From Macrostomum hystrix (lineage: Eukaryota > Animalia > Platyhelminthes), in NCBI GenBank assembly GCA_950097015.1, contig CATNEN010000001.1, positions 7,440,001 to 7,504,000 of the forward strand: DNA of 64,000 nt, given 5' to 3'. This document shows positions 25,201 through 38,029 of this stretch, in pieces. The notes under the pieces were generated by a model. That model was not told the origin of the DNA. It saw only the letters and a program-made list of their open reading frames with translations, and made no database searches. Position numbers and translations under genes: made by a program. Within the stretch, counting starts at the first letter, position 1, and every line of letters begins with the position of its first letter.

Positions 25201-28200
25201 CTGGTGAGTGTCAGACTGTACTAGTGAGTGTCAGACTGTACTAGTGAGTGTCAGACTGTACTAGTGAGTATCAGACTGTACTGGTGAGTGTCAGACTGTA
25301 CTAGTGAGTGTCAGACTGTACTAGTGAGTGTCAGACTGTACTAGTGAGTATCAGACTGTACTGGTGAGTGTCAGACTGTACTAGTGAGTGTCAGACTGTA
25401 CTAGTGAGTATCAGACTGTACTGGTGAGTGTCAGACTGTACTAGTGAGTGTCAGACTGTACTAGTAGTGAGTGTCAGACTGTACTGGTAAGTGTCAGACT
25501 GTACTGGTAAGTGTCAGACTGAACTAGTGAGTATCAGACTGTACTGGTGAGTGTCAGACTGTACTGGTGAGTGTCAGACTGTACTAGTGAGTATCAGACT
25601 GTACTGGTAAGTGTCAGACTGTACTGGTGAGTGTCAGACTGTACTAGTGAGTGTCAGACTGTACTAGTGAGTATCAGACTGTACTGGTGAGTGTCAGACT
25701 GTACTGGTGAGTGTCAGACTGTACTGGTGAGTGTCAGACTGTACTAGTGAGTGTCAGACTGTACTAGTGAGTGTCAGACTGTACTAGTGAGTGTCAGACT
25801 GTACTAGTGAGTGTCAGACTGTACTAGTGAGTGTCAGACTGTACTAGTGAGTGTCAGACTGTACTAGTGAGTGTCAGACTGTACTAGTGAGTTTCAAAAT
25901 GTCAATCTCGTGGAAGAAAAGTTTCTCACCTGGAAACAGTACCCGGCTAATCATGCCGGGCACCACCATGAGGAACAGAGGCGTCAGTTTGATGTAGCCG
26001 GCTAAGAGTGCGCCGCCCTGGGCATGAGCCAGCGACTTCGCTGAGAGAGCGCGTTGAACAATTATCTTGACAATTCAGGTGCAGGTGTGATAATATCCTG
26101 AGCTGTTTGAGATAATCTAGGGTAATCATTTATGAGATAAGATAAAAAAAACATTTTAAAAGCCGTCCAGATCGTCGAAATATTCCGAGATTCTTATCAA
26201 AGACACTGGTGACAAGGACAACTAATATTGCTCCATATATGTTGTGAGCTGCGTCTCACAATGACCTTGCCCCTGCGTCTCTAACCCTTCCACCCCGGCC
26301 ACCTGCTCAAACCAGTTCTGGCCGGCCCCGGCTTAGGCCACCCTCCTTTTTCGTTGGTTGTCGTTTGCCCATTGGCTGCCCCATGCGCCGTCCTCGCTAG
26401 TCCAATCAGGCCTCTCGCCAAGGAGACTTCTGATTGGCTAGCCGGTCTCCTTCTCTCTCTCTCTCTGCTCTCAGCCTTGTGTGTTTGCCCCCCCCAGCCC
26501 TGCGTGGCTTAGCCCTACCCCGTCCAGCCCTATGCCCTCGCCCCCACCCCACGCTGTTATTTATTAGCGCGCGCTGCCCGTGGCCAGCCCCGCGCCTCCC
26601 GAGTACTATTGCGAGAACGTTGCCCTCAGTTAGAGCGAACTTAAGAGTAAACGATCAATAATAAACTACGCAGCCTGAACTACAATACTTGCCATGAGTG
26701 CCACGTTCAATCCCTCCCGGTAAGAAAAGCATTCACGAGTTATTTATTTGTCCGTGCTCAAACGTTGTTCCTCTGCCCGACCTCTGCTAGTGTCAGAAGC
26801 TCATCATCATCCTTCTCCTCCAGAGTCTTCCCTCGAGTCTGCGAAGTGTCGGTACGCCTCCAGACCATCATCCACCTCTCTCTGGGGCTGTCGAGTTGCT
26901 ACCCGCTCGCAGTCAAAGTCTTCAGTCCGGGCTTAGCGAGTGTCGGTACGCTCCAAGTCCACCCCGTCTCTCCTCGGAGTGTCTGGACGCCTCGAGGGTC
27001 GCTGCTTCCCCTCCCTCCACCCCCGGCAAGCTTTGGGCGGTCCGTACCCGAACCCCTACTACCGCGTTGGCGAACTGCCGACCATACCGAGGAATTACAA
27101 CATACGAGTATACACCTCTTTGGTACTGTTAAGGGAATTTAATTTTTAAAGCAAAACACACGTCCTAACTGGATAAGACATAAATAATTCATGGAAACCC
27201 CTGCTGTTTAGTTTACATTAGGAGCGTATGCTGCTATCCGATTTTTCTACTCGAGTTGCTTTCGCCTGTCACGTCATGATCCAATTTCTAGTTATTTTTT
27301 TTTCTGGTGTTTGAGCTCGCAAATTTGCTTATTCTAATGTTGTAGAGGACAGTAAAGAATAGGAGGGCCAACTGCTTATTCTCTAAAATCAAACGTAACC
27401 TCGAAGGAGCGACCATTTCTTCACCTGATCGGCGCACCAATACCAAATGCTTGCTGGCGTCTGACCCAGCAGGAAGCCAAGCCAGGGCATGTCCGGGTCA
27501 TTGATTGGCCGGAGCAGAGTGAACGAGTACTCGGAGGGGGCACCGCAACGGCTTGTGCCGTTGGCTTGACGACTGAAGTTTGCAGCCACCGCTTGGGGAT
27601 ATTTTTCTATGAGGCCCGAGATGCCGCCGATTTTGACTAGGCCTGTAAAAATATTTGATTGATACTGGTGAGACTAGACACATGTACGATTAGATACTGG
27701 TGAGATTAGACTCGGGTGAGATTAGACTCGGGTGAGATTAGACTCAGGTAAGATTAGACTCAGGTGAGATTAGACACATGTTAGATAAGAAACGTGAGAT
27801 TAGATACAGGTGAGATACAGTACAGAGAGATCAGACATACTAGATTATGCTCTAATATTAGAACACACGCAGTCAGACTAACCCATTATTGTTAGCAGTG
27901 CGGAGCCCAGTACCATGATGACCGCCTGTACAGTATCAGTATAGATTACCGCAGCTAATCCACCTGAATGAAAGCAATAAAATTTGATTTGATAATTATT
28001 TGACCAGAGACAGAGAGAGATAATGAAAGCGGACCAACCGACCAGTCATTGTGACCAATGCGGTGAGGCCAAGCAGCAGTAGGATTGATAGCCAAACATT
28101 CCAGTCCAGTGCAACCTTGATGAACACGGCACCTGAGTATAGATTCACCTGACAGAAAAAAAAACAATTTCCCGACGTTGTTAAACTGTTTAACTTTAAA

Positions 28201-31200
28201 GTTGAAATAACCAACTTATTGGGTGATTATTTACAGAAATCTTGGTGAAGATATATAACACCAACGATAGGACAGCCAGGTAGATTTGAATTCTTTTGCC
28301 GCCGAATCGCATTTTCATGTACTCCGGCAAAGTAATTATCTGGAATTTTTTAGTTTTTTCAATACATATCGGCTGATTAGAGTCTGTTTAAGTTTGGAAA
28401 GCCCTGTATTTAGAAAGGTGCAAAGTCCACTATTTCTCGAACTACTCTAGTTGATATAAACATTTGTTGTTGCAATGACAATTAAGCCAATATCACATTT
28501 GATAAGCTGATAAGAATAATTGTGCCTTAAAGAGTGAGTCTAGCAGATTCAACAGATTCGAATCCGTTTATACGAGTGCAAGCTTATCACCAAATATTTG
28601 AAGCTGATTCTAGGAAACAGTCATGTTTTGAGCACACTAGTAAGCTTATAAGTAACGTATGTTAGCTCTTAAACTAATAAAAATAGATTTATTATCATTA
28701 AAGAAAGATAAGCACGTTCTAATTCAGCTACTTAAATAAGCAAATCTAACTAAGGATTCCCAGCCAAACTGCAACAAAACGGAGGAAAAAACGAATATAA
28801 AGATAGTAAAGGACAGAGAGACAGAGAGACAGAGTGACAGAGAGACAGAGAGACAGAGTGACAGAAAGACAGAGACAGAAAGACATAGAGACAGAAAGAC
28901 AGAGAGACAGAGTGACATAGAGACAGAGACAGAAAGACATAGAGACAGAGAGACAGAGTGACATAGAGACAGAGAGACAGAGTGACATAGAGACAGAGTG
29001 ATATAGAGACAGAGTGACATAGAGACAGAGACAGAAAGACAGAGAGACAGAGAGACAGAGTGACATAGAGACAGAGACAGAAAGACAGAGAGACAGAGTG
29101 ACATAGAGACAGAGACAGAAAGACAGAGAGACAGAGAGACAGAGTGACATAGAGACAGAGTGACATAGAGACAGAGTGACATAGAGACAGAGTGACATAG
29201 AGACAGAGTGACAGAGACAGAGACAGAAAGACAGAGAGACAGAGAGACAGAGTGACATAGAGACAGAGTGACATAGAGACAGAGTGACATAGAGACAGAG
29301 ACAGAAAGACAGAGAGACAGAGAGACAGAGAGACATAGAGACAGAGTGACATAGAGACAGAGTGACATAGAGACAGAGTGACATAGAGACAGAGACAGAA
29401 AGACAGAGAGACAGAGAGACAGAGTGACATAGAGACAGAGTGACAGAGAGACAGAGTGACATAGAGACAGAGAGACAGAGTGACATAGAGACAGAGTGAC
29501 ATAGAGACAGAGTGACATAGAGACAGAAACAGAAAGACAGAGAGACAGAGAGACAGAGTGACATAGAGACAGAGTGACATAGAGACAGAAACAGAAAGAC
29601 AGAGAGACAGAGAGACAGAGTGACATAGAGACAGAGACAGAAAGACAGAGAGACAGAGTGACATAGAGACAGAGACAGAAAGACAGAGAGACAGAGAGAC
29701 AGAGTGACATAGAGACAGAGTGACATAGAGACAGAGTGACATAGAGACAGAGTGACATAGAGACAGAGTGACATAGAGACAGAGTGACATAGAGACAGAG
29801 TGACATAGAGACAGAGTGACATAGAGACAGAGACAGAAAGACAGAGAGACAGAGAGACAGAGTGACATAGAGACAGAGTGACATAGAGACAGAGTGACAT
29901 AGAGACAGAGACAGAAAGACAGAGAGACAGAGAGACAGAGTGACATAGAGACAGAGTGACATAGAGACAGAGTGACATAGAGACAGAGTGACATAGAGAC
30001 AGAGTGACATAGAGACAGAGACAGAAAGACAGAGAGACAGAGAGACAGAGTGACATAGAGACAGAGACAGAAAGACAGAGAGACAGAGAGACAGAGTGAC
30101 ATAGAGACAGAGTGACATAGAGACAGAGACAGAGAGACAGAAAGACAGAGAGACAGAGAGACAGAGAGACAGAGAGACAGAGAGACAGAGAGACAGAGAC
30201 AGAAAGACAGAAAGAAAGTGTGACTGAGACAGAGTGACATAGAGAGTCAAATTTATTCTTTGGCATACATTTTCGAATAAGTAAGCACAATAGAGACTGA
30301 CTTCAATTCTTCCAAGTAATTAAGTTCTAACAATAAAGAGAGAGAGACGGAGTTAAGCGAAAGCTAAGTCATTATTCGCAGTTCTGTAATCTTGATTATG
30401 GGTGAGTGAGAAAAATTGCATAACTTGTATAACAGTTACACAGGCAGATATTGTATTGAAAATGAGCTAGAAAAATTACAGGCGTTCTCAAAACTACGAG
30501 CGTACACTTTATATAGTCAACAGAAAGCTATTTAAGAGTTTTTAGCGCAAAACAATCGGTAGGTAGGTTGGGGTGGGTTAGCTTACCCCGCTAGCGATGT
30601 AGACAGGCAGAAAGACCCAACCAAGTAGTTGCAGGAGAATGCAGGCCTTTGTTGAAATTTTTGAGAAAATGTTTTTTTCAGGTTTTGCGCAGTATTGGGA
30701 CTTTGAAATTATTTTTAATATACCTGCCCCGATTTGGCCAGATGTGCAGCCGACAGCACAGCCGCAGCTATTGCGCGGCGCATCTGAAGGCTGCGTACGG
30801 CTGTTCAGTCCATGGACTGGGGGGACGCCACACCTACCCTCAATTACCCCAGCTGATGCTGGTACCCATTTAACAGCTCCGTGAATTTGAGTAATGCAGA
30901 GTTAAGTGTCTTGCTAAATGACACAATTTTTTCCAGTGCGGAGTGGGGAAACGAACCCCCGACCTTTAAGTCGTGAGTCCGGCGTTCTAGACACTAGGCT
31001 ACAGCCCCTGCTTTTAAATTAATTATGACTCATAATCGATTGGCTAAGGGCCAACCCCATGCACTGTGACAGTGTACACAGCCTGACGATGAGGCACACG
31101 CCTTTGTGTGTCAATTCACAGCCATAATCGCGTCTAAATTGCATTGTTCTCACATTGAGCTCAAAGGCGCCGATTCCTATGCCGGTGGCTGCTCCAGAGC

Positions 31201-31864
31201 CGGCCAGACCAATGAAATGCTCGCTGCCAATGTTGCTGGCAAACAGCGAAGCGCCGATCTATGGAAAATTCATAGAACTCAATTACTCAAAGCTATTTAC
31301 CAATTTTGTTAGACACTTGAAGCCCACACGTATGTAACAATGCATTTGTTTCTTACTGGCAGCCAGGTCATGTGACGTCCGGCCAGAAAATAGCCCTTCA
31401 CGGTTCCTCGTTTTGTGATGCACATCGACTGCGAATTAAAATAGGAAAATATTAATTTTTGCATTATTTATTCCAAAATTAGCTTGTCATTATAGTATAA
31501 TGATATATTTATATATTAATATATTTACACAAATAAAATTATGGTTAGTAAAATACTGCATAACAATACAGAGAATAAGATAAAGTAAAAAAATAAATAG
31601 TAATACAGTTTAATAAAATTGTAGACATATTAAAATAACAATTTTATTCAGTTGCAAGAAGCATTCAGAATATAACTCTTCGATCTATTAATAAAGCTGT
31701 AATTATAAATACCAAGCAATAGTTACAAACAAAGAATATGTTAACTTATAGTTAACACGAAAATTACTCACGAAAATTCCAGTAGCAAGGACAAGTATAA
31801 AGTAGCCAACAAATATGGCAATGTCGAGTCCTTCCAGGCCCGTTGAGTGCACAGAGCTTGTCAT
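22267..31864 (-). CDS. SLC5A3: Sodium/myo-inositol cotransporter-like SLC5 (SSS family) symporter, 14 exons, 716 aa
   Basis: Exons (minus): 31864-31772, 31428-31357, 31258-31154, 30646-30587, 28339-28235, 28148-28043, 27963-27883, 27642-27425, 26065-25930, 25003-24896, 24806-24656, 24571-24403, 23811-23409, 22610-22267; total 2151 nt, all GT-AG and phase-consistent. Motifs [46 protein letters not shown]1-type [26 protein letters not shown]. Orthology to SLC5A3 is inferred from motifs only. Confidence 0.93.
22629..23369. repeat. G-rich ~32-bp tandem repeat filling SLC5 intron 13
   Basis: Unit gtgattagataggggtttggagggttacaggt. Confidence 0.95.
23880..24095 (+). mobile_element. SINE family B (intronic)
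   Basis: ctctcgcaccaaggtccctgagctcgattccgcggcg...gtgcacactgcctgacaatgag. Confidence 0.85.
24148..24368 (+). mobile_element. SINE family A (intronic, partial)
   Basis: gaggttgtagccaagtggttagagcgtcggactcaagac...gtcctttagcaagg...aaatgggtaccagc. Confidence 0.85.
25163..25892. repeat. 20-bp tandem repeat (~36 copies)
   Basis: Unit gtgagtgtcagactgtacta. Confidence 0.97.
26240..27102 (+). mobile_element. Probable solo LTR (863 bp) in SLC5 intron 8
   Basis: TGTTGT...ACAACA termini, GC-rich, CCAAT boxes, AATAAA at ~26660; flanks TATA/TACG give only an imperfect TSD. Confidence 0.6.
27660..27842. repeat. Degenerate ~16-bp repeat (ggtgagattagactc)
   Basis: Direct. Confidence 0.8.
28812..30246. repeat. 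Compound GACA/GAGA microsatellite (1.4 kb) in SLC5 intron 4
   Basis: agagacagagtgacat-type units; source of the three spurious SLCLSV ORFs. Confidence 0.97.
30713..31010 (-). mobile_element. SINE family A
   Basis: Near-full reverse-complement copy. Confidence 0.9.
31045..31110 (+). mobile_element. SINE family B fragment
   Basis: agggccaacccc...gtgtacacagcctgacgatgag. Confidence 0.65.
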
Positions 31865-32754
31865 TACAAATAAAGCTATTATAATAAAGAGCTGGTAAAT
31901 TAATAACTATAAAAGGATTTTGCCAGCGAGGTGGTGGATCAATTTTGGATTGTAGCACGATGTCACGAAAGTCGAATTCTCGCTTAATTTTATTACTGTG
32001 CAGCAGTAAAAAATAATAATAAATGCCATTTCCTGTTACAGAAAATAGTTTTTTGCCGTTTTATATATTTAAAAAAACTATTTTGTGGAGTATAGATAGT
32101 TATCTCTAGAATTTGTTATAGCACACAACCAAACACCGTTAACTTAGTTAGGGCTGCGATAAACTTTTACCGTATGTTCCTAAGTATGAAGATTAATTTT
32201 CTACTGTAAGCTGGATGCGCAACTAAGCATCAAAGCAAAAGATAAAAATTAATTTATTTTACTATCCAGATTTTTTGGTTCAGCCAGAAATGTGCGCAGC
32301 CCACAGTGCAGCCCCAGCTATCGTCGTTGAAGAGTAAGAAAGAAAGGATCAAAAGTGGACTGCTATTTATGAAGCACAACTATTATAAGTCGTGAAAAAA
32401 TTTTAGTTGCAGAGATTAAAATGAATCGAAGATATCGAATTTTATTTGGCCCCTAAATACGCCAACTGCCGATCGTTGCAGCACCCAAAAAAAACAAGGC
32501 AATACTGCACTAGTTTTTTGTCTATTTATTTATATACCTAGACATATAAACTACATTTGTCTATAAGCATATTTTGTATAGCTATTTTATTATATATATA
32601 TTTATATGCACTAGTGAACATAAAACACATGTCTTAGAATCGGAGAAAAAAGACAAGTATAGAAGAAAATCACAAGAAAAGTAAATGGTAGTGATCTATC
32701 GAGTTCCTAAAGCTTTGTGTAAGATCTCTTCATCAATAACAAGCATTTACCTTC

Positions 32755-33012
32755 CAATGGTAGCCTTGGGGTTGAAAAATTCAGACTTACGAGTTAAAGG
32801 CCGGTGGTTCGATTCTTGACTCTGCGCTGGAACAATGTGTGTCCTTTCAAGTAGGACACTTAATTCTGCGTTGATTCAGCTCACCCAGCAGCCAAACGAG
32901 CACCAGCATCAGCTGGGATAATTGATAGCGGGTGTGGCGCCCCATCGCTCAGTCCATGGACTGAACAGTTACTGTCTGCTGCACATCTGGCCTAATTGGG
33001 ACAGGTATAAAT
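32755..33012 (+). mobile_element. SINE family A, diverged
   Basis: ggttcgattcttgactc...gtgtcctttcaag...ccagcatcagctgggataattga...cacatctggcctaattgggacaggt. Confidence 0.8.
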
Positions 33013-33084
33013 ATATTAGACTTACTATTATCATTGCAACACTAGCTGAGAAAATACTCACATTTATATTTTAATGATATTGCT

Positions 33085-33390
33085 AACCAGCAACCAGCGA
33101 GGAGGCAATTCCGCGCATTTCGCTGACTCCTGAGCACACACTCACAGATACTGTACGGAAACACACGCTCACACAAGTGTGTACATATCTCGTGACTTCC
33201 TCATCGTCAGGCAGTGTAAACTCTCACTGTGCTCTGAGGTTGGCCCTCAAGGGCGTAAATTGCTTGACAAGCCCCCAAGCCTTCTCTCCACGGCAGCGCA
33301 CCAAATAAATGTGGCCTCGCCGCGGAATCGAGCTCGGGGACCTTGGTGCGAGAGGAAAACGCGTTAGACCGCTCTGCCACACGCCCTCTA
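33085..33390 (-). mobile_element. SINE family B
   Basis: Near-full reverse-complement copy. Confidence 0.88.
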
Positions 33391-33711
33391 TGAAGAGCCA
33401 CATGTATTATTCATACATTAGTTTAAAGAATTAGAGGCCAGAAAACATCGTAACATCGGTAAGCTCTTTGCTACGAAAATGAACCAATTCTATTCTGTGA
33501 ATTTACAGGTACCCCAAAGCTTGCTGCGTATTGGTCAATCACTGAGATAGCCTCAAGTACCTTTGTACAGTAACTACCAGATTAACTCTGCACATAAGTC
33601 CATTCAATCAGACACAGGCGATTGAAGCCGAAATAACTACAGTATATGAATGCGAATTAGAGATTAATTTGCCGTGCAAACGCTTTTAGGAACTAGTTCT
33701 ACACTGCAGCT

Positions 33712-34419
33712 ATGTCTCATTTATGTCTGACAGAACAGCATCGGCGATTGCACCGCAAAGACGAGTACCTGACAATCAGTGTTAATATCCAGCAGCAGTT
33801 GCACCAGCATCATCATCAGCATGATCAGCATGTTGATCAGCCACTGCAGAAGGCTATCAGTCTCCAGCCGCAGCACCAGCACAATCACCAGCAGCAGCAG
33901 CAGCTACACATTCCATCGAGCCGTCGGGCGTCCTCCGCCAGCGGCATTCAAAGCTTTCCCTCTCCGAACTTGCTGCAGTACAGCCCTGCAGTCATTGACG
34001 ATCTGCCAGCATCGGCGGCATCGGCGGAGGCTCTCGCCGAGCGGCAATGGCGCTGGAGTCGACGCTGCCTTCGCTGCTTCACCTGCGTCATTCTGGGCTT
34101 TGTTCTGGCAGTCGCCGGCGGAACCTGCATCTATCGCGCTGCCATGATGTCACTCTGGACTGATCAGGACGAGGAAGTTGAAGAGAAATCTAGCGAAGAC
34201 CATCGGGCTGTTGCCCGCTACCGCCTCGCCGGCGCCTGGCTGTTGGCTCTAGGCGCCGCTGTCAGCACCTTCGGCTGCATCTGGGCTGCCAAGTCCTGGT
34301 GCCAGGCCAATCAAGCCGGCTGCTACAGCACCGCTGAAAGAGACGGAGCTGGAAGCGCTGGCGATGGCGTCGTTGACGGAGTGGGAGAGGGTGAGGCGAG
34401 GTGGAGACTGTCGATCTGA
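33712..34419 (+). CDS. Orphan protein: Q/H-rich N-terminus plus two TM helices with an acidic loop
   Basis: 235-aa ATG-initiated ORF, GC-rich; TMs CVILGFVLAVAGGTCIY and LAGAWLLALGAAVSTFGCIWA. Confidence 0.7.
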   Translation: MSHLCLTEQHRRLHRKDEYLTISVNIQQQLHQHHHQHDQHVDQPLQKAISLQPQHQHNHQQQQQLHIPSSRRASSASGIQSFPSPNLLQYSPAVIDDLPASAASAEALAERQWRWSRRCLRCFTCVILGFVLAVAGGTCIYRAAMMSLWTDQDEEVEEKSSEDHRAVARYRLAGAWLLALGAAVSTFGCIWAAKSWCQANQAGCYSTAERDGAGSAGDGVVDGVGEGEARWRLSI

Positions 34420-34844
34420 GTTGGCAACAAATTTCTTTCCTATTTGGAACAAATTTCCTTATATTCTTGCGGCTAAATATAAGGAAGTCTAATTATAGTT
34501 TTTTGTGCTTCGTAAAGGCATCATATTTAATAAATTAACTGTATAAACCAGCCACACATAATTTTAGTAATTTCATTAAAGCAGCTTTTAGCCAAGTGGA
34601 AATTTCCACCGAAGGCCCAAAGGGAAGCAGTTTCCGTCCTTTAGCAAGGTACTTTGTTCTATACTTGCTATATAGTATACAAAGCTTTTAGTTTAAACCC
34701 GACTAGAAAATCTACCTCAAACTTAACATAATCTCTAAGTCTATAAACTGGCATTTCTTCCCGAATGCGTCGTTAGTGTATAAAAAGTTTATGAAGCCAT
34801 GGAAGAAAGACTTGCAGAAGACTGTATGCACTGCCGCATCATTC

Positions 34845-36294
34845 AGAGATCTCTGAGCACCTCTGAGCATCTCTGAGCACCTCTGAGTACCTCTGAGCAC
34901 CTCTGAGCACCTCTGAGCAGCTCTGAGAACCTCTGAGCATCTCTGAGCACCTCTGAGCATCTCTGAGCACCTCTGAGCATCTCTGAGCACCCCTGAGACC
35001 TCTGAGCACCTCTGAGTACCTCTGAGTACCTCTGAGCACCTCTGAGCATCTCTGAGCACCTCTGAGCACCTCTGAGTACCTCTGAGACCTCTGAGCACCT
35101 CTGAGCACCTCTGAGCACCTCTGAGTACCTCTGAGCACCTCTGAGACCTCTGAGCACCTCTGAGCATCTCTGAGCACCTCTGAGCATCTCTGAGCACCCC
35201 TGAGACCTCTGAGCACCTCTGAGTACCTCTGAGTACCTCTGAGCACCTCTGAGCATCTCTGAGCACCTCTGAGCACCTCTGAGTACCTCTGAGACCTCTG
35301 AGCACCTCTGAGTACCTCTGAGACCTCTGAGCACCTCTGAGCACCTCTGAGCACCTCTGAGTACCTCTGAGCACCTCTGAGACCTCTGAGCACCTCTGAG
35401 CACCTCTGAGCACCTCTGAGCACCTCTGAGCACCTCTGAGTACCTCTGAGCACCTCTGAGCACCTCTGAGCACCTCTGAGCACCTCTGAGCACCTCTGAG
35501 CATCTCTGAGCACCTCTGAGCACCTCTGAGCATCTCTGAGCACCTCTGAGCACCTCTGAGTACCTCTGAGCACCTCTGAGTACCTCTGAGACCTCTGAGC
35601 ACCTCTGAGCACCTCTGAGCACCTCTGAGTACCTCTGAGCACCTCTGAGACCTCTGAGCACCTCTGAGCATCTCTGAGCACCTCTGAGCATCTCTGAGCA
35701 CCCCTGAGACCTCTGAGCACCTCTGAGTACCTCTGAGTACCTCTGAGCACCTCTGAGCATCTCTGAGCACCTCTGAGCACCTCTGAGTACCTCTGAGACC
35801 TCTGAGCACCTCTGAGTACCTCTGAGACCTCTGAGCACCTCTGAGCACCTCTGAGCACCTCTGAGTACCTCTGAGCACCTCTGAGACCTCTGAGCACCTC
35901 TGAGCACCTCTGAGCACCTCTGAGCACCTCTGAGCACCTCTGAGTACCTCTGAGCACCTCTGAGCACCTCTGAGCACCTCTGAGCACCTCTGAGCACCTC
36001 TGAGCATCTCTGAGCACCTCTGAGCACCTCTGAGCATCTCTGAGCACCTCTGAGCACCTCTGAGCACCTCTGAGCACCTCTGAGCACCTCTGAGTACCTC
36101 TGAGCACCTCTGAGCATCTCTGAGCACCTCTGAGCATCTCTGAGCACCTCTGAGCACCTCTGAGCATCTCTGAGCACCTCTGAGCACCTCTGAGACCTCT
36201 GAGACCTCTGAGCACCTCTGAGCATCTCTGAGCACCTCTGAGCACCTCTGAGCACCTCTGAGCACCTCTGAGCACCTCTGAGCACCTCTGAGTA
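34845..36294. repeat. 10-bp tandem repeat (ctctgagcac) with higher-order duplications
   Basis: ~145 units with recurring 9-bp and substitution variants. Confidence 0.98.
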
Positions 36295-38029
36295 CCATAC
36301 AGTCATTTTAGTCTTCGAAGGCCTATGTTGTACCATAAACCCAGAGCCTTCAAGATACACGGCAACAACTTCAATAGTAGAAAGAACATGGGTCGGCTAT
36401 TATTATTGATTATATCGTATTTAATTTTATTGTTTCTTATTATATTGTTAAGTCCATTTGGAATCGCAATAGAGGTTCTTACAGATCAATGTTAGTTGTC
36501 CTTCGGTTTAACATCGGTCATTCGGTTTGGGAGCTATGGTGAAGTAGGCAGTGAGTATTAGAAATACACCCGTGGTATTCAAAATAAAGAAGCCACGTTT
36601 GAACGTGGCTCATATTTGTTCGAATAATCATGAATATACACTCGAAGCATGGATTTGTACTTATCTAGACGCAATGAACTAACCTCGCTTGGTTGATCTT
36701 TGAAGTCTAATAGGCCTCTTCCGCTGTTTGCCCAACTCTTCAGAAAATCAATTACAGAAGAAAAATTATTTGTTCATACAATATCTACTACTAACTGGTA
36801 GAGCACGCTGCACTTTTAATTGACCTATCGATCGTGCTTTTGGAAAGAAAATAGCGATCATTGCTACTTAGAAGTATTTGACGCGATGTGATATGAATGA
36901 TACTTGATCCTGAATTCATAAAGCTACTCTCGTAGAGATTAGCGATCTCGAGAGATTAGTGGCTGAGTTCTCGTGCAAGCAGCTTGACTTTGCAGGTGCA
37001 AGAAGGACATACGAGTATAGTCTATTGGTCTTTACATTCTGCTGGCACTCGATACATCATGCATTGTTATATAGATGAACAGATTATTAAGAGTGCGCAA
37101 TATGGAAAGGCGACAATTAGTATATTGCCAGTCACAGAAATAATCTAATTAATCTTGCCATTGTTCTAATCAAATAAATTATAAATTAAGTGTGACGAGT
37201 TGGCTTAATTACCTTATCGACCGCGTACTTTGTATCGACTGATAACGAATGGAAACGTCGGGAGAAATTTCTGCAGATAAATGCTCGAAACAAACTGGAA
37301 ATTTTGCTAAATTAGTTTCAATTTAAACAAATTTTGTTAAATTAAATTAACAATTTAGCTCCATTAAATTAGGATTACAGGCACTTTCGAAAATTGCCTT
37401 GCCTACAATTCTAGTTGTCGACGTTAAAGTCAACTAATCTAAATTAGATTTTTATCGACTGAAATCCAGCTGGATGAAATTCGTGAAGACTCAAACAAAT
37501 ATTCTGAAAGTTGTATTATTGTGCTGGATCAGAATGATGAGTTCAAAGTTCCAATCAGACTAATTAAATGAACAAAAATGATAACGACACGAACACAGAA
37601 ACCTTTGACTCGAGCTCGTATTTTTTTTTTCTCAGCTAGCATCAATAATATCGAGCTTAATTAATATCTGTAAGACTAAAATAAATTGGAGGACTGGGTA
37701 AACACAGTGCTCAAGAAAAAAATTAAGCAGACACCCAGACCCAGCCAATTGGCTATAAACTAATTAAAAAATTACTACCCTAGTTAGATTTAATTTGCAC
37801 TTCCAGTTTGCTTTGAATATTTATTTGCAGCCTGGGTTTCTGCTAAGAATTTCAGCCTCAGTAGCAATTATATTTGCCTTCTGGAACAAGTGTTTTTATG
37901 TGGTGCCAGCGGTGGGATTAAGATCATGCGATATGGAGTGGCTGCGTGCCTGTGTTGCTATGCTGTTACCAGTTTATCACTGACACTGTCGCTTCTATCG
38001 CCGGATGCGTCCACAGGTTGATTGCAGGC

